A program made the translations under genes and the position numbers. A stretch of 64,000 bases of DNA, taken from positions 83,804-147,803 of the forward strand of contig CAWIEK010000045.1 in NCBI GenBank assembly GCA_963835065.1. Reading direction: 5' to 3'. The notes beneath the pieces are model-generated. The model saw only the letters and a list, made by a program, of their open reading frames with translations, searched no databases and was not told the DNA's origin. Origin of the DNA: an uncultured Chthonomonadaceae bacterium. GTDB lineage: Bacteria > Armatimonadota > Chthonomonadetes > Chthonomonadales > Chthonomonadaceae. Positions 1-10,221 of this stretch are shown in pieces; the stretch's first letter is position 1, and each line of letters starts with the position of its first letter.

Positions 1-471
1 TTTGGTAACGTCCGTAAAGGTTCCGTTGCGGTTGTTATGGTACAGATGAGGCGTACTGCGCGGCCCTTTGTCGCCCGGCCAGTTAGCGCTGTTGACGATG
101 AGAATGTCCTGCCAGCCGTCGTTGTCGTAATCCAGAAACGCCACGCCCGACCCGACCGTTTCCGGCATGTTCTTATGCCCTTTGGCTCCATTGTTGTGCG
201 TAAAGTCAATACCGGCCTGCCGGGAAACTTCCACAAAGGTGACGCTCGCGTCCTGCGGCGCAACGGACGGCGTTGCCGGTTTTGCCACTGCACTATGCCG
301 CGTCCCGCACCCGCACAATATCGGCAGTATCGCCAGCAACAACGTCGTGACCAGAAGCGCGCGGCCTCCGCATCCCGAAGGCTTTGCCCAATTTCCTCTG
401 GCTCCGCCATCAAACTTGTCAATCAAAATTGTCATAATCAACGGTACTGTACTGCGCTCCCAACAGGGCAT
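1..471 (-). CDS. CRTAC1/ASPIC-UnbV family FG-GAP repeat protein, N-terminal part (runs off the window), probable lipoprotein
   Basis: Not in the ORF track. Manual translation of the minus strand gives ...LLLAILPILCGC...FVEVSRQAGIDFTHNNGAKGHKNMPETVGSGVAFLDYDNDGWQDILIVNS...LYHNNRNGTFTDVTK. Start is ATG 471 (GGAGG upstream) or 435. Confidence 0.85.
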   Translation of the reverse strand, partial: MPCWERSTVPLIMTILIDKFDGGARGNWAKPSGCGGRALLVTTLLLAILPILCGCGTRHSAVAKPATPSVAPQDASVTFVEVSRQAGIDFTHNNGAKGHKNMPETVGSGVAFLDYDNDGWQDILIVNSANWPGDKGPRSTPHLYHNNRNGTFTDVTK

Positions 472-552
472 TGCCCACCAATCCTCCATACGCAAGACAC
501 GCTTGCGCATAAATTGCCGCATTGTCCGAACACCGAACACCTGAATACCTGT

Positions 553-2511
553 TCAGTTGGAACCCGACGCCTTATTGCCGCCATTTCCGAGCATGGTTTG
601 CAGGCGCTGCACCTTAGCTTCCAGCGCGGCATCATGCGGACGCAGGGACTGCGCCAGGCGGTAATACGCAACGGCAGTGGAATAATCGCCTGACTGCTCC
701 AGAAATTGCGCCACAGCCAGCTGCGCTTCCGGGTCTTTGCGCGCCGCTCTGGAGCGCGTGAGCAGGGTCTGCCGTTTCAGGTCATAATCCACATATTTAC
801 GGTACAGGGCAAACATTTGTTCACTGCCCGCCGTGTCGCCCAAATGCGCGTACACCCGGCCCAATTCCTGATAGGTCGCGCCATCGCCGGGTAGCAGGTC
901 GAGGGCATGTTCCAGATTACGCGCCGCCCGCGTCCAATCGCCTTTCGCGCCGTACGCCACGCCCAGCTGCTGGTAGGCGACAACCTCGTTGGGCGTCAGG
1001 CGGCTGAGTTGATTGTACTCTTCAATGGCCCTGTCGAGCCGGTCGCCTTCGCCCCGGCGTTCCAAATACACCTTGCCCAGTTCCTGATGATATAGCGGAT
1101 TGTCCGGGGCCAGGCGAACACACTGCTGAAGTTCGGCTTCGGCGCTGTCGCGCCGTCCCTGCTGCAGCGCAACCTGCGCCAGTTGAAAATGTACCTGTGT
1201 GGGATCGGCAGGATGTTTGTTCAGCGCGCTTTGCAGCATTTTCTGCTGATCACCCAGACGATCCGCATAGCCATACGCGGCTGCCATCGTCAGTTCGGCA
1301 TCCGCCGTATGCGCCGAAGTCAACTGCTTCATCACGGCCAGGTAATCGTTTACCCGGTTCATGTCCCGATAAATCGCCGCTTGCAAGGTCAGGCCGCGAT
1401 TATGCCAGCCGGCCTGCGCGCTCACCTGCTGCGCCAGTGTCAGGGCTGTCGCGTAGTTTTTGGTCAGGCGCGCTTGTACGCCGCGCCAGTAGGCTGTCTC
1501 GATTTTCAATCCGGCCTGTTCGCAAGCGCGCGCGGCCAGGCCAACCACGATGGGGTCGGAGCTTTGCAGCAGAGCCAGTTTTTGCAGCACAAAAGCCTCG
1601 CGCGCGTAATCCTTTCGTTCGGCATACAGCTTGACCAACTGCTGATAGGCGTCAGGGGTGTTCGGATTGCAGGCGACGGCTGCGCGCCATTGGGCTTCCG
1701 CTTCCGCCTTGCGTCCGTTTTGGGAAAGCGCCAGGCCATATTGGTACAGCAGGGCGGCTTCCTTTGGAGCCAGGCGAACGGCGGTTGCCAGCAATCCAAG
1801 CGCCTGCTGTGGATTGTGACGCGCCAGAAGCAGTTTGCCGGCAATGGAGTAGCCATCAGGCTGGTCGGGAGCCAGGCGAATCAGGTTTTGCGCCATGCGC
1901 AGGGCAGTGTCTTCATCGCCTGCCTGCAGGCAGTAGAACATCAGCCGTTCCGCCTGATCCCGAATCGCCGGCCCGCTGTCCGTCAGCAGGGCCGGGTGGC
2001 GCGCGGCAAACGCGCGCAAAGCATTGGCCGCCGCGTCCGTATTGCCGTCCGCCTGCTCCAATTGCGCCAGCGTTGCCGCCGCTTCCAGGTTATCCGGCTC
2101 CAGGCGTACTGCCGTTTGCAGCTCTTTGCGCGCCTCGTTGTAATGGGCCAGATAGGTCAGCGAGCGTCCCATGAGAAGCGCGGTGTCCTGGTCTTTGGCT
2201 CCCAGGGCGCGGGCAATGGTCAGCTGCCGAATGGCGTCGGTGTAGTAATCGGTGTCCACGTCCAATCTGCCCAGTTGCAGATACGCCGCAACATCGGACG
2301 GGTCGGATTGAATCCGCTCGGAATAATAGCGCATAGCGGCGCGCGTCCCTTGCGACGCGGGAGGAGGCGGCTTCCTGAAAAAATAGCGACGGCTGAGGGG
2401 CAGCAACAGGAGCAGCGCAAGCAGCAGGCCAAGCAAAGCTAGAAAACGCGCGCGTAGTGGCCGGCGGTTGTGCTGCGGCTTATCCGCATCCTGTATTTTG
2501 GGGGAAGACAT
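553..2511 (-). CDS. Membrane-anchored tetratricopeptide repeat protein
   Basis: N-terminal hydrophobic segment followed by many TPR-like helices (e.g. AYQQLGVAYGAKGDWTRAARNLEHALDLLPGD). Start uncertain; the ORF extends to 2616. Confidence 0.85.
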   Translation of the reverse strand: MSSPKIQDADKPQHNRRPLRARFLALLGLLLALLLLLPLSRRYFFRKPPPPASQGTRAAMRYYSERIQSDPSDVAAYLQLGRLDVDTDYYTDAIRQLTIARALGAKDQDTALLMGRSLTYLAHYNEARKELQTAVRLEPDNLEAAATLAQLEQADGNTDAAANALRAFAARHPALLTDSGPAIRDQAERLMFYCLQAGDEDTALRMAQNLIRLAPDQPDGYSIAGKLLLARHNPQQALGLLATAVRLAPKEAALLYQYGLALSQNGRKAEAEAQWRAAVACNPNTPDAYQQLVKLYAERKDYAREAFVLQKLALLQSSDPIVVGLAARACEQAGLKIETAYWRGVQARLTKNYATALTLAQQVSAQAGWHNRGLTLQAAIYRDMNRVNDYLAVMKQLTSAHTADAELTMAAAYGYADRLGDQQKMLQSALNKHPADPTQVHFQLAQVALQQGRRDSAEAELQQCVRLAPDNPLYHQELGKVYLERRGEGDRLDRAIEEYNQLSRLTPNEVVAYQQLGVAYGAKGDWTRAARNLEHALDLLPGDGATYQELGRVYAHLGDTAGSEQMFALYRKYVDYDLKRQTLLTRSRAARKDPEAQLAVAQFLEQSGDYSTAVAYYRLAQSLRPHDAALEAKVQRLQTMLGNGGNKASGSN

Positions 2512-2765
2512 AGGTGGGGTGGAAACGCGCTTCATTACGACGGACTTAGCCCTGAGCAACGCCAGGCAAGCGAAGTAAATATCAACAAACCTTTTCATAA
2601 GTTCTTGAGGCGGCAAGTAAACTTATATAACAGGTCTAACCGACGCAAAAGGCGCGTTATGCGCCCGCCACAAGAAAGCGGCAGGCGCATGACAAGCTGC
2701 TTTATTCCAGCGATTATGATAAACGATTTACGCAATCGAAAATCGCAGGAGTAACATCTGTCGGC

Positions 2766-3599
2766 TTAGTTCCAGCCTCCGACACTGGCGCCGCGTACGC
2801 CTTCCTCGCCGAAAATATCTTTCGGGCCGTTCCAATCGGCTTTGTGGGCGTGACTTAGCCAGTACTGACTCAGATGGATGGCTTTGGCATGGCCGTCGTG
2901 GAAAGCCACGTTGCACAGGCCCTGATGGCGCGCAACCGCCAGCCGGTAGGCGTCATGATTTTGCGCCTCATGCCAGTTGGCGCGGTCTTCGTTAAAGAAG
3001 TAGGCGCCGACCGCAATGGACTGATAATCGGTTTTGTAGCCATCGGGGTGTAAATCGTAGGCGGCGTAGCCAGCAGCGCGCCCGGTCCAGCTATCCCCGG
3101 TGGCCGAGGTGTAGGCCGTGCCCGCATCCGCGAACTGCACATGGTTGGCCGGTTCCTGAACGGCAGCCAGTTTCACCGTATCCGCATCCCAACTCGACAT
3201 CAGATCGTTGGCGGCATACGCGCCCAGGTCGCGATGGTTTTCCAGATCGTTGGTCCAGTCCGGGCCGTTGTCGGTGGCGTCCGGGCAGACCGTGACCTGA
3301 TAGTTTTTAATGTACGGCTGCATGAAAAACGGCCAGTAGCGCCGCCAGTCGCGCACCTGCCCATTGGTGGACCCGACATCGGCATCCGTAGTGCTGACAT
3401 GCTCGTTCATCACGCGCTCATCGTAGTCCTGCGTGTACATTTGCGCGCCGGTGCCGATTTGTTTCAGGTTAGAGATACAGGAAATGGCGCGGGCTTTGGC
3501 GCGCGCCTGCGCAAAGACCGGGAACAGAATCGCGGCAAGAATTGCGATAATGGCAATGACAACCAACAATTCGATCAGAGTAAACGCCTTACGCTTCAT
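2766..3599 (-). CDS. Prepilin-type N-terminal cleavage/methylation protein with DUF1559 and H-X9-DG motif
   Basis: [33 protein letters not shown]...CISNLKQIG...YTQDYDE; C-terminal [23 protein letters not shown]. Confidence 0.95.
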   Translation of the reverse strand: MKRKAFTLIELLVVIAIIAILAAILFPVFAQARAKARAISCISNLKQIGTGAQMYTQDYDERVMNEHVSTTDADVGSTNGQVRDWRRYWPFFMQPYIKNYQVTVCPDATDNGPDWTNDLENHRDLGAYAANDLMSSWDADTVKLAAVQEPANHVQFADAGTAYTSATGDSWTGRAAGYAAYDLHPDGYKTDYQSIAVGAYFFNEDRANWHEAQNHDAYRLAVARHQGLCNVAFHDGHAKAIHLSQYWLSHAHKADWNGPKDIFGEEGVRGASVGGWN

Positions 3600-3730
3600 T
3601 GGTTAAGCTCCTCCTCATGTTCCTCTCAGATCGGGAACATTTTTGTCACCGTCTTGTAGTCGCAAGCATCTGCTTGCAAAATTAGTGCGGTATGTGTCAC
3701 AACAGACTTCACTTCTGTAGCGATATAATG

Positions 3731-3759
3731 ATTATAGGGTCTATGGAATAATTTGTCAA
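3731..3759 (-). promoter_or_regulatory. Consensus sigma70 promoter for the prepilin-like gene
   Basis: Minus strand TTGACA-17 bp-TATAAT, a perfect consensus. Confidence 0.8.
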
Positions 3760-4061
3760 TAGGTATACAGTCGCAGAAGTTAGTTTGCCCTGATTTTCTT
3801 CACAAAATTTCGGCAAATAGCGAGGATTGGGAAGCCACATGCCTGAATTGGAAGCAGAGCCATTTACCGTTTGACGCCAACAACTGGACAGTTGTTCTGC
3901 CCCAAGTTCGGAATACGTCCTTGCCTTCGGGTACACTTTTCTTAATGAGTCAATGTTTACCCTCCAGAATACATAGAATCAACTTTCAAGCGTCAAACCT
4001 GTTGCCCTCACAGAGCGTGTTGCCGCCATCACTCCTGCGCGGTTCTGTAGAGCAGAGGCGT

Positions 4062-4997
4062 ATGGTGTCCCTCATCCTGTTATGTTTGTTCGGCAGCTTG
4101 CTTTCTCCTCCTGTTCCTGCGCAATCCGTACACTTGCGGGCGGTTGGCGACATCATGCTGGCGCGGGATGTAGGACAGTGCATGGCGCGGAAGGGACGCG
4201 GCTATCCGTTTGCGGCGATACGCCCCTTGCTTCAAGGCGCGGATATTACGTTCGGGAATCTGGAGTGCTGCGTTTCCACGCGGGGCAAGCCGATCCCCAA
4301 GCAGTTCAACTTCCGCGCTGATCCCGGCGTGACCAAGGTACTGGCGGAGAACGGCTTTCGGATTGTGTCGCTTGCCAACAACCATGCGTGGGATTATGGA
4401 CGCGACGCCCTGCTTGACACGGTTGCCAATGTCCGCAAAACGGGTGTCCAAACCGTAGGCGCAGGCGCGAATCGAATGGAAGCGCACCAACTGGTGATTG
4501 TGCAAAGCAAAGGCTTGCGCATCGGGTTTCTGGCGTATTTAGGCTTGATTCCCGCTCTGGTTGCCGAATCCGACACGCAGCCCTCATTAAGCATGGCGAG
4601 CGTGGAAGCGATCACGCGGGAAGTGCAGGCGGCGCGAAGCCAGGTAGACGTGCTGCTCGTATCGCTCCATGCGGGACAAGAGGGCGCCGCCGGTCCCACG
4701 CCGCGCCAAAAGCGTTTTGCGCAGACGGCCATTGACGCGGGCGCGGACATGGTAATCGGGCATCATCCGCATGTCCGGCAACCGCTTGTTATGTACAAAG
4801 GCAAGCCCATCTGCTACAGCCTGGGCAACTTCGTGTTCTCCACAGCAGGCCGGGGCAGCGGCGCGATGCTGGAAGCGACATTGGAGCGCGGCCACCAAGT
4901 TCACGCGCATTTGATCCCCCTCGTTCTGAACGGCGCGCAGCCCTGTCTCCCCCACTCCTCCTCATATCCCAGGCGTCAACGCCGGAGAAAGCGATGA
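4062..4997 (+). CDS. CapA family (poly-gamma-glutamate synthesis-like) metallophosphatase
   Basis: Motifs AVGDIML, GNLEC, SLANNHAWDYG, SLHAGQE, IGHHPHV, YSLGNF; signal peptide after M4062. Confidence 0.9.
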   Translation: MVSLILLCLFGSLLSPPVPAQSVHLRAVGDIMLARDVGQCMARKGRGYPFAAIRPLLQGADITFGNLECCVSTRGKPIPKQFNFRADPGVTKVLAENGFRIVSLANNHAWDYGRDALLDTVANVRKTGVQTVGAGANRMEAHQLVIVQSKGLRIGFLAYLGLIPALVAESDTQPSLSMASVEAITREVQAARSQVDVLLVSLHAGQEGAAGPTPRQKRFAQTAIDAGADMVIGHHPHVRQPLVMYKGKPICYSLGNFVFSTAGRGSGAMLEATLERGHQVHAHLIPLVLNGAQPCLPHSSSYPRRQRRRKR

Positions 4998-5054
4998 ATA
5001 TTCGGCCTTTCTTCGCTTGCTGCCTGTGCAATGGTGACGGTTTTGAAAAGAACC

Positions 5055-5083
5055 TTGACAATCCGGCAAGGCTGTGGCATACT
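5055..5083 (+). promoter_or_regulatory. sigma70 promoter of tRNA-fMet
   Basis: TTGACA-17 bp-CATACT with TG extension. Confidence 0.75.
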
Positions 5084-5094
5084 AAATGTGTTGA

Positions 5095-5171
<77 letters not shown>

Positions 5172-5176
5172 ATTAT

Positions 5177-5210
5177 AAGCCGTTCGGTCACTTGACCGAA
5201 CGGCTTTTTT
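5177..5210 (+). terminator. Intrinsic terminator after tRNA-fMet (possibly bidirectional)
   Basis: AAGCCGTTCGGTCA-CT-TGACCGAACGGCTT followed by a T-run. Confidence 0.85.
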
Positions 5211-6342
5211 CGTTCGCTAGAATCAGGCTTCGTTCTCGTTCAGTGTTGTGTTCGTCAACGTTCACGTTCAGTTCGGCTTCAATGCGTCGCGCTAAATCGG
5301 TAACAAATTCGGCTACGCCGATAGGTGTGGCAACATTCCGCAGCGCGTATTCTACCGTCAACGCTTGCTTTTTGCGACACAGCAGCAGGCCAATGCTGGG
5401 CGCGTCGTGTTCATGCCGAAGCGTATCGTCCACAGCGGCAAGATAGAAGTTCATTTTGCCTACAAACTCCGGCTGAAACTCTGTCGCTTTCAGATCTATC
5501 ACGACGAAGCAGCGCAGACGCAGATGATAGAACAGCAGGTCCAGATAGTAGTCTTTGCCGTCTACTTCCAGCGGGTACTGGCTTCCCACAAACGCGAACC
5601 CCACTCCCATTTCCAGCAGGAATAAGCGAATATGTTCCAGCAGGCCGCGCTCAATCTCGCGTTCGCGCGCATCATCGCCCAATGTCAGAAACTCGAAATT
5701 GTACGGGTCTTTAAGCAAGGCTTGCGCCAAGTCGGACTGCGGCGGAGGCAGTGTACGGGCGAAATTGTTGATGGCTTTGCCCTGCCGCTCGTGCAGTCGG
5801 CTTTCGATCTGCATCTCCAGAATGTTCCGGCTCCAGCCGTGTTCAAATGCTGCCTGCGCATACCATTCACGGGTTGCCGCGTCTTTTACCTTTTCCAGCA
5901 GACTGACGTTATGCGCCCAGGGAATTTGCGCCACAGCTTGTGGCATAGCTTCGCCTGTCTGTTCCGCAGTCTGAGAAAGCATATCCTTTAATTGTCCCAC
6001 CAGCGGTGGGACAATTTCAGAATGTGTTCTATAAGCCAGGTAGAAAGCCCGAATCCGGTAAAGATTGGTGCGTGAAAAGCCGGAAACACCGGGAAATGCC
6101 GCCTGCAAATCCTTCGCCAACTGAGGCAGAACGCCGTCGCCCCACCCTTGCGCCGCCTGATGCGCCACAATTTCTTTGCCGAGGTTCCAGTAGAGTTCCA
6201 GCAGTTCCCGGTTGACCGCAAGACTTGCCTGCATTTGCGCTGAACGAATACGCTGCTTTACCTGTTCCAAAAACGTGCCGTAACCCGCAAATCGTTCCTG
6301 CACGTTGGCAGTTAGATCATTGTCCTGTTTTTGTGCAGACAT
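5188..6342 (-). CDS. YhcG/DUF1016 PD-(D/E)XK nuclease family protein
   Basis: Motifs YWNLGKEI, GFSRTNL, IPWAHN, KDPYNFEFL, DLLFYHLRLRCFVVIDLK, GKMNFYL. Confidence 0.93.
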   Translation of the reverse strand: MSAQKQDNDLTANVQERFAGYGTFLEQVKQRIRSAQMQASLAVNRELLELYWNLGKEIVAHQAAQGWGDGVLPQLAKDLQAAFPGVSGFSRTNLYRIRAFYLAYRTHSEIVPPLVGQLKDMLSQTAEQTGEAMPQAVAQIPWAHNVSLLEKVKDAATREWYAQAAFEHGWSRNILEMQIESRLHERQGKAINNFARTLPPPQSDLAQALLKDPYNFEFLTLGDDAREREIERGLLEHIRLFLLEMGVGFAFVGSQYPLEVDGKDYYLDLLFYHLRLRCFVVIDLKATEFQPEFVGKMNFYLAAVDDTLRHEHDAPSIGLLLCRKKQALTVEYALRNVATPIGVAEFVTDLARRIEAELNVNVDEHNTERERSLILANEKSRSVK

Positions 6343-6412
6343 TTGCCTCCTTCACTTTGCGCGAATTCACTTTTAAGCAGAATTTAGCGCAATATTGGAG
6401 CAGGATTATTAC

Positions 6413-6949
6413 TCAATTATCTGGCGTCGCTTCCCCCAGAAGATGACGCGCCGAATACATCTGCCCCGTGTGATACGCGACGTGAAACGCCGCATACGTC
6501 AAAAACGCGCGGTACGTGTAAAACGGCGGCCAGCCAGGCGGGTTGCTGTCCAGATCAGGAGCGAGCGCCTTGAAATGTGCCACCGCCTCGTGATGTACGC
6601 GCAGCAATTCGCCGCACACCTGCGAGGCCGTCATTGCCCGATGCTCCTCCGAAGGCGGCGTTGCTACCGTTGTCGGATGATACCCGAACCGATGATCAAT
6701 CAACAGACTGCTCACCCGGCACTTCGCCAGATCAGGCTGCAGCGAAATGCCGTTGGCTTCGGGACTCGCCTCCCCGCCCTCTCCCGCAAACCGCACCGCC
6801 TCCCAATAGGCAATGTGCCCCGCCAGTTCCCCTACGGAGAGAAGCCCCTCCGCAGGCCGTTTCCAGACGTTCGCGTCCGCCAGTCCCTTGAACGCCTCCT
6901 GGACCTCGTAATACCCCTCTTCCAAAATCGCCAGATAAGCCTCAACCAC
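6413..6949 (-). CDS. DinB/YfiT superfamily protein
   Basis: SVGELAGHIAYWE ... FHVAYHTGQM motifs. Confidence 0.8.
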   Translation of the reverse strand: MVEAYLAILEEGYYEVQEAFKGLADANVWKRPAEGLLSVGELAGHIAYWEAVRFAGEGGEASPEANGISLQPDLAKCRVSSLLIDHRFGYHPTTVATPPSEEHRAMTASQVCGELLRVHHEAVAHFKALAPDLDSNPPGWPPFYTYRAFLTYAAFHVAYHTGQMYSARHLLGEATPDN

Positions 6950-7117
6950 CTTCTTGTTCCTTTCTTATGGAAAACGCAGTAAACCACTCCCTGTCCTCAA
7001 TATGTTTGCGTTTGTGCTATGATAATTCCTGTGCAGGGTATGAGCGCGATGCCCTTGCGCTGAGATGTTCAACGAAATTCCACAGTGCGCGATTTCAAAA
7101 CACAGGAGGACGCAACC

Positions 7118-7477
7118 ATGAAACATCTGTTCCACACTCTGCTCGCCGCCTCGGCTATCAGCCTGGGCAGCCTGACCCTCAGTCCGGTGTTCGCCCAGGA
7201 CAAAATGCAGCCCCCTCATCCGCAGACCGGGAAAATGGCTCCGGGGAAGATGGCTTCCGACAAGATGGCTCCCGGCAAGAAGGATAACCGGGCTTCCGAC
7301 GTTTACGTTTGCAAGCCCTGCAAGACCTATTATCCGTCTGCCTCCGCCAAGACGATGGGCTACAAAGACCCGATGGGCCATAAACTGGTACACGCGGACA
7401 AAGCGCCCGTTGGGTACAAAAACGGCAGCAAAATGTCAATGGGTAAAATGCCGGGCAAAACGTCGGGCAAAATGTAA
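7118..7477 (+). CDS. Small secreted Met/Lys-rich repeat protein with CxxC (putative metal-binding)
   Basis: Signal peptide; KMAPGKMASDKMAPGK repeats; YVCKPCK and DPMGHKLV; GGAGG RBS. Confidence 0.7.
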   Translation: MKHLFHTLLAASAISLGSLTLSPVFAQDKMQPPHPQTGKMAPGKMASDKMAPGKKDNRASDVYVCKPCKTYYPSASAKTMGYKDPMGHKLVHADKAPVGYKNGSKMSMGKMPGKTSGKM

Positions 7478-7524
7478 TTTCATCAACGCAACATGACAAA
7501 TCCGGTCACAAGCGCATGTTTGGT

Positions 7525-7551
7525 AAAGGTCCCGCCTCTGGCGGGACCTTT
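7525..7551. terminator. Intrinsic terminator hairpin
   Basis: AAAGGTCCCGCC-TCT-GGCGGGACCTTT. Confidence 0.75.
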
Positions 7552-7697
7552 ATATTTTGTCTCTTTTCATCAGATAGCTTTCATAAGTCTACTCGCTGAG
7601 ATAGAGCTTCACTTGTGCGCAGAATTTATCAAGGAGGTCTGATAAAATTTTACTGGCTGCGTGGGTTTTCACTGTCATGCGCGTCTTAACAAATAGA

Positions 7698-9089
7698 ATG
7701 ACGAACACAAGCGCACAAAATGAGAAGGCCTGTCAGGAGATTATCCTGGTACGCCGCGCCCAAACCGGCGATAGAGCCGCCTTTGACCGGTTGGCACAAC
7801 ATTATCGCCCGCTGTTGTTCGCCCTGGCTTTCCTGCGAACCGGCCACAAGGAAGAGGCCGAAGACCTGGTGCAGGAAGCGCTGACAAAGGCATGGCTGAA
7901 ACTGCCCACGCTTACGGATACGGCCCTGTTCCTGCCCTGGCTGAAATCCGTGACGGCCAATGCCTGCATCAGTTGGTATCGTCGCGTGGATAAATTTCCT
8001 CGTTCCCTGGAAGAAGACACGAAGGACACGTTACGAGCAAACAAAGGACTCCCCTTAGAAACGCTTCTGGAACGCGAAAGGCAATGGCGGTTGCAGCAAG
8101 CGTTATGGACGCTGCCGGAAGTCAATCGCCTCGCCTTAGTGATGCGTGTCTGGAAGGGAGCTTCCTACGAGGATATTGCCGCCTTTACGGGAGTTCCGGC
8201 TTCGACCGTAGATGGCCGCATTTATCGCGCAAAGCGACAGTTGCGCCGCCTGCTGCATGATGCCGGAGCTGAGTTTTTCGGGGAAGAACCTCGCCCCCGG
8301 CAGCCAAAGTCACATTTGAATGAATTTTCCCCACAACGGAGCAGCAAAATGACCATTCCAGAAACAACTGCCACTATTCCCCATTGGGAACAAGCCCTGG
8401 CGCTTACCTTGTTCACCCGTCGTTTCTCACTGATGCTGAATGCGGGCGTTACCCTCTCGCGGACGCTGGAACTTCTACAGGATATACCGGCTCCCTACGG
8501 AGCAGCGGCTCGCGCATTGCGCACACAAGTGGAGGATGGAGCCTGTTTATCGCGGGTAATGTCGGAGCGCCCGGACCTGTTTTCTCAAATCTACATTGGC
8601 ATGGTCCGGGCGGGCGAAGTAGGAGGCGTATTGGAAGAAACCGCGCAGAGGCTAAAGAAAGCATTGGCAAGAGAGTGGCATCTTGCCAGCCGACTCCCGC
8701 CTCAGGAAATATCGCTCTTTCTGTTGCTTCCCGCCGACAGGCCTTTGTCCGAGAAGTGGGATTCTATGTCTGCCTATCAACAAACGATGACCTTCAGCCT
8801 CTTCTTCGAGACTTTCGGAACACTGCTTCAGTCGGGCGTTCCAATTCTTCAGGCAATGGAAACTGTCGCCGAACTGTTGCCCCTAAACTCGCGCGAAGGC
8901 TGGATGCAGGCCCGTGAACAAGTAACAACAGGGTTGCCATTTGTGCCGACAATGGCGCGAATGGGTATTTTTCCGACATTCGCGCTGGAAATGCTTCGGG
9001 TAGGCGAGGAATGTGGTTCGCTGGACGCAATGCTGCATAGTTTGGCGGAAGCGTTCGAGGATGACCTGGAATATCAACTACTGCCATAG
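7698..9089 (+). CDS. ECF sigma-70 factor fused to two T2SSF (PilC/GspF) cytoplasmic domains
   Basis: Sigma2 (AEDLVQEA, FLPWL) and sigma4 (SYEDIA..GVPASTVDGRIYRAK), then FTRRFSLMLNAGV...MVRAGEVGGVLE and FGTLLQSGVPILQAM...MLRVGEECGSLDAML. Confidence 0.85.
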   Translation: MTNTSAQNEKACQEIILVRRAQTGDRAAFDRLAQHYRPLLFALAFLRTGHKEEAEDLVQEALTKAWLKLPTLTDTALFLPWLKSVTANACISWYRRVDKFPRSLEEDTKDTLRANKGLPLETLLERERQWRLQQALWTLPEVNRLALVMRVWKGASYEDIAAFTGVPASTVDGRIYRAKRQLRRLLHDAGAEFFGEEPRPRQPKSHLNEFSPQRSSKMTIPETTATIPHWEQALALTLFTRRFSLMLNAGVTLSRTLELLQDIPAPYGAAARALRTQVEDGACLSRVMSERPDLFSQIYIGMVRAGEVGGVLEETAQRLKKALAREWHLASRLPPQEISLFLLLPADRPLSEKWDSMSAYQQTMTFSLFFETFGTLLQSGVPILQAMETVAELLPLNSREGWMQAREQVTTGLPFVPTMARMGIFPTFALEMLRVGEECGSLDAMLHSLAEAFEDDLEYQLLP

Positions 9090-9171
9090 CCTGTCTGATT
9101 GATTCAGGAAGGAATTGGCGTGGCCGTGCAGAATTAAAGGAGTATCATCGAACTACTCAGGAGAGCATAGC

Positions 9172-10110
9172 ATGAAAACACGGGCTATCGGGGCGTTACA
9201 GGCGACGGTTGTGGGCGTGGGATGCAACAACTTCGGCGGGCGGTTGGATGCGGACGCGACGGCGCAAGTGGTTCAGGCGGCGTTGGACGCGGGCATCAAC
9301 TTCTTCGATACCGCCGACATTTATGGCGGCACAAAAAGCGAGGAGTTTCTTGGCCGCGCGTTGGGCAACAAGCGCGACGAGATTCTGATTGCTACGAAAT
9401 TCGGCATCAAACTGGATGATGCGCGGCCAGGGGGCGCGGCTCCCGATTATATTGCGCAGGCGGTAGACGACAGCCTGCGCCGCCTGGGAACGGATCGCAT
9501 TGACCTGTACCAATTGCACACGCCGGACAAGAACGTTCCCATTGCCGACACGCTGGCCGCGCTGGACAAAGCGGTACAAGCGGGCAAAGTGCGCGAAATC
9601 GGCTGTTCCAACTTTTCCGCCGAACAACTGCGCGAGGCCGAAAGCGCGGCAAAAACGGGAGCGCGGTTTGTCAGCGTGCAGAACCATTACAGCCTGCTGC
9701 ACCGCGAACCGGAAAACGACGGCGTACTGACGGAGTGCGAACATCTCCATCTCGCCATGCTGCCCTATTTTCCGCTTGCCAACGGCCTGCTGACCGGCAA
9801 GTACCGCAAGGGCCAGCCGCGCCCGGAAGGAACCCGGCTGTCGGGAGCCAACGCCGACAAGTGGCTGACCGAGCAAAACCTTGACATTGCCGAGGAATTG
9901 CTTGCTTACGCCGAAGAACGCGGTCATTCCCTGCTGGAACTGGCGTTCGCGTGGCTTCTCGCGCAGCCTACCGTCGCTTCCGTCATTGCAGGCGCGACCA
10001 AAGTAGAGCAAATCCACGCCAACGCCGCAGCCGCCGAGTGGCAACTCACACCGGAAGAACTTGCCGAAATCAACCGGATTGTAACTGCTCGTCTTGAATC
10101 CGGTATATAA
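9172..10110 (+). CDS. Aldo/keto reductase
   Basis: GINFFDTADIYG, ATKFG, SLRRLGTDRIDLYQLH. Confidence 0.95.
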   Translation: MKTRAIGALQATVVGVGCNNFGGRLDADATAQVVQAALDAGINFFDTADIYGGTKSEEFLGRALGNKRDEILIATKFGIKLDDARPGGAAPDYIAQAVDDSLRRLGTDRIDLYQLHTPDKNVPIADTLAALDKAVQAGKVREIGCSNFSAEQLREAESAAKTGARFVSVQNHYSLLHREPENDGVLTECEHLHLAMLPYFPLANGLLTGKYRKGQPRPEGTRLSGANADKWLTEQNLDIAEELLAYAEERGHSLLELAFAWLLAQPTVASVIAGATKVEQIHANAAAAEWQLTPEELAEINRIVTARLESGI

Positions 10111-10221
10111 AATACCGGATGTTAGGCCTGCGGCGAATTGTCCTGCGAACAGAGGATTGCGCAAAATTCAAGTAGTTTGTCACCCAAACACCCGACACCT
10201 AACACCGAATACCCAATACCT

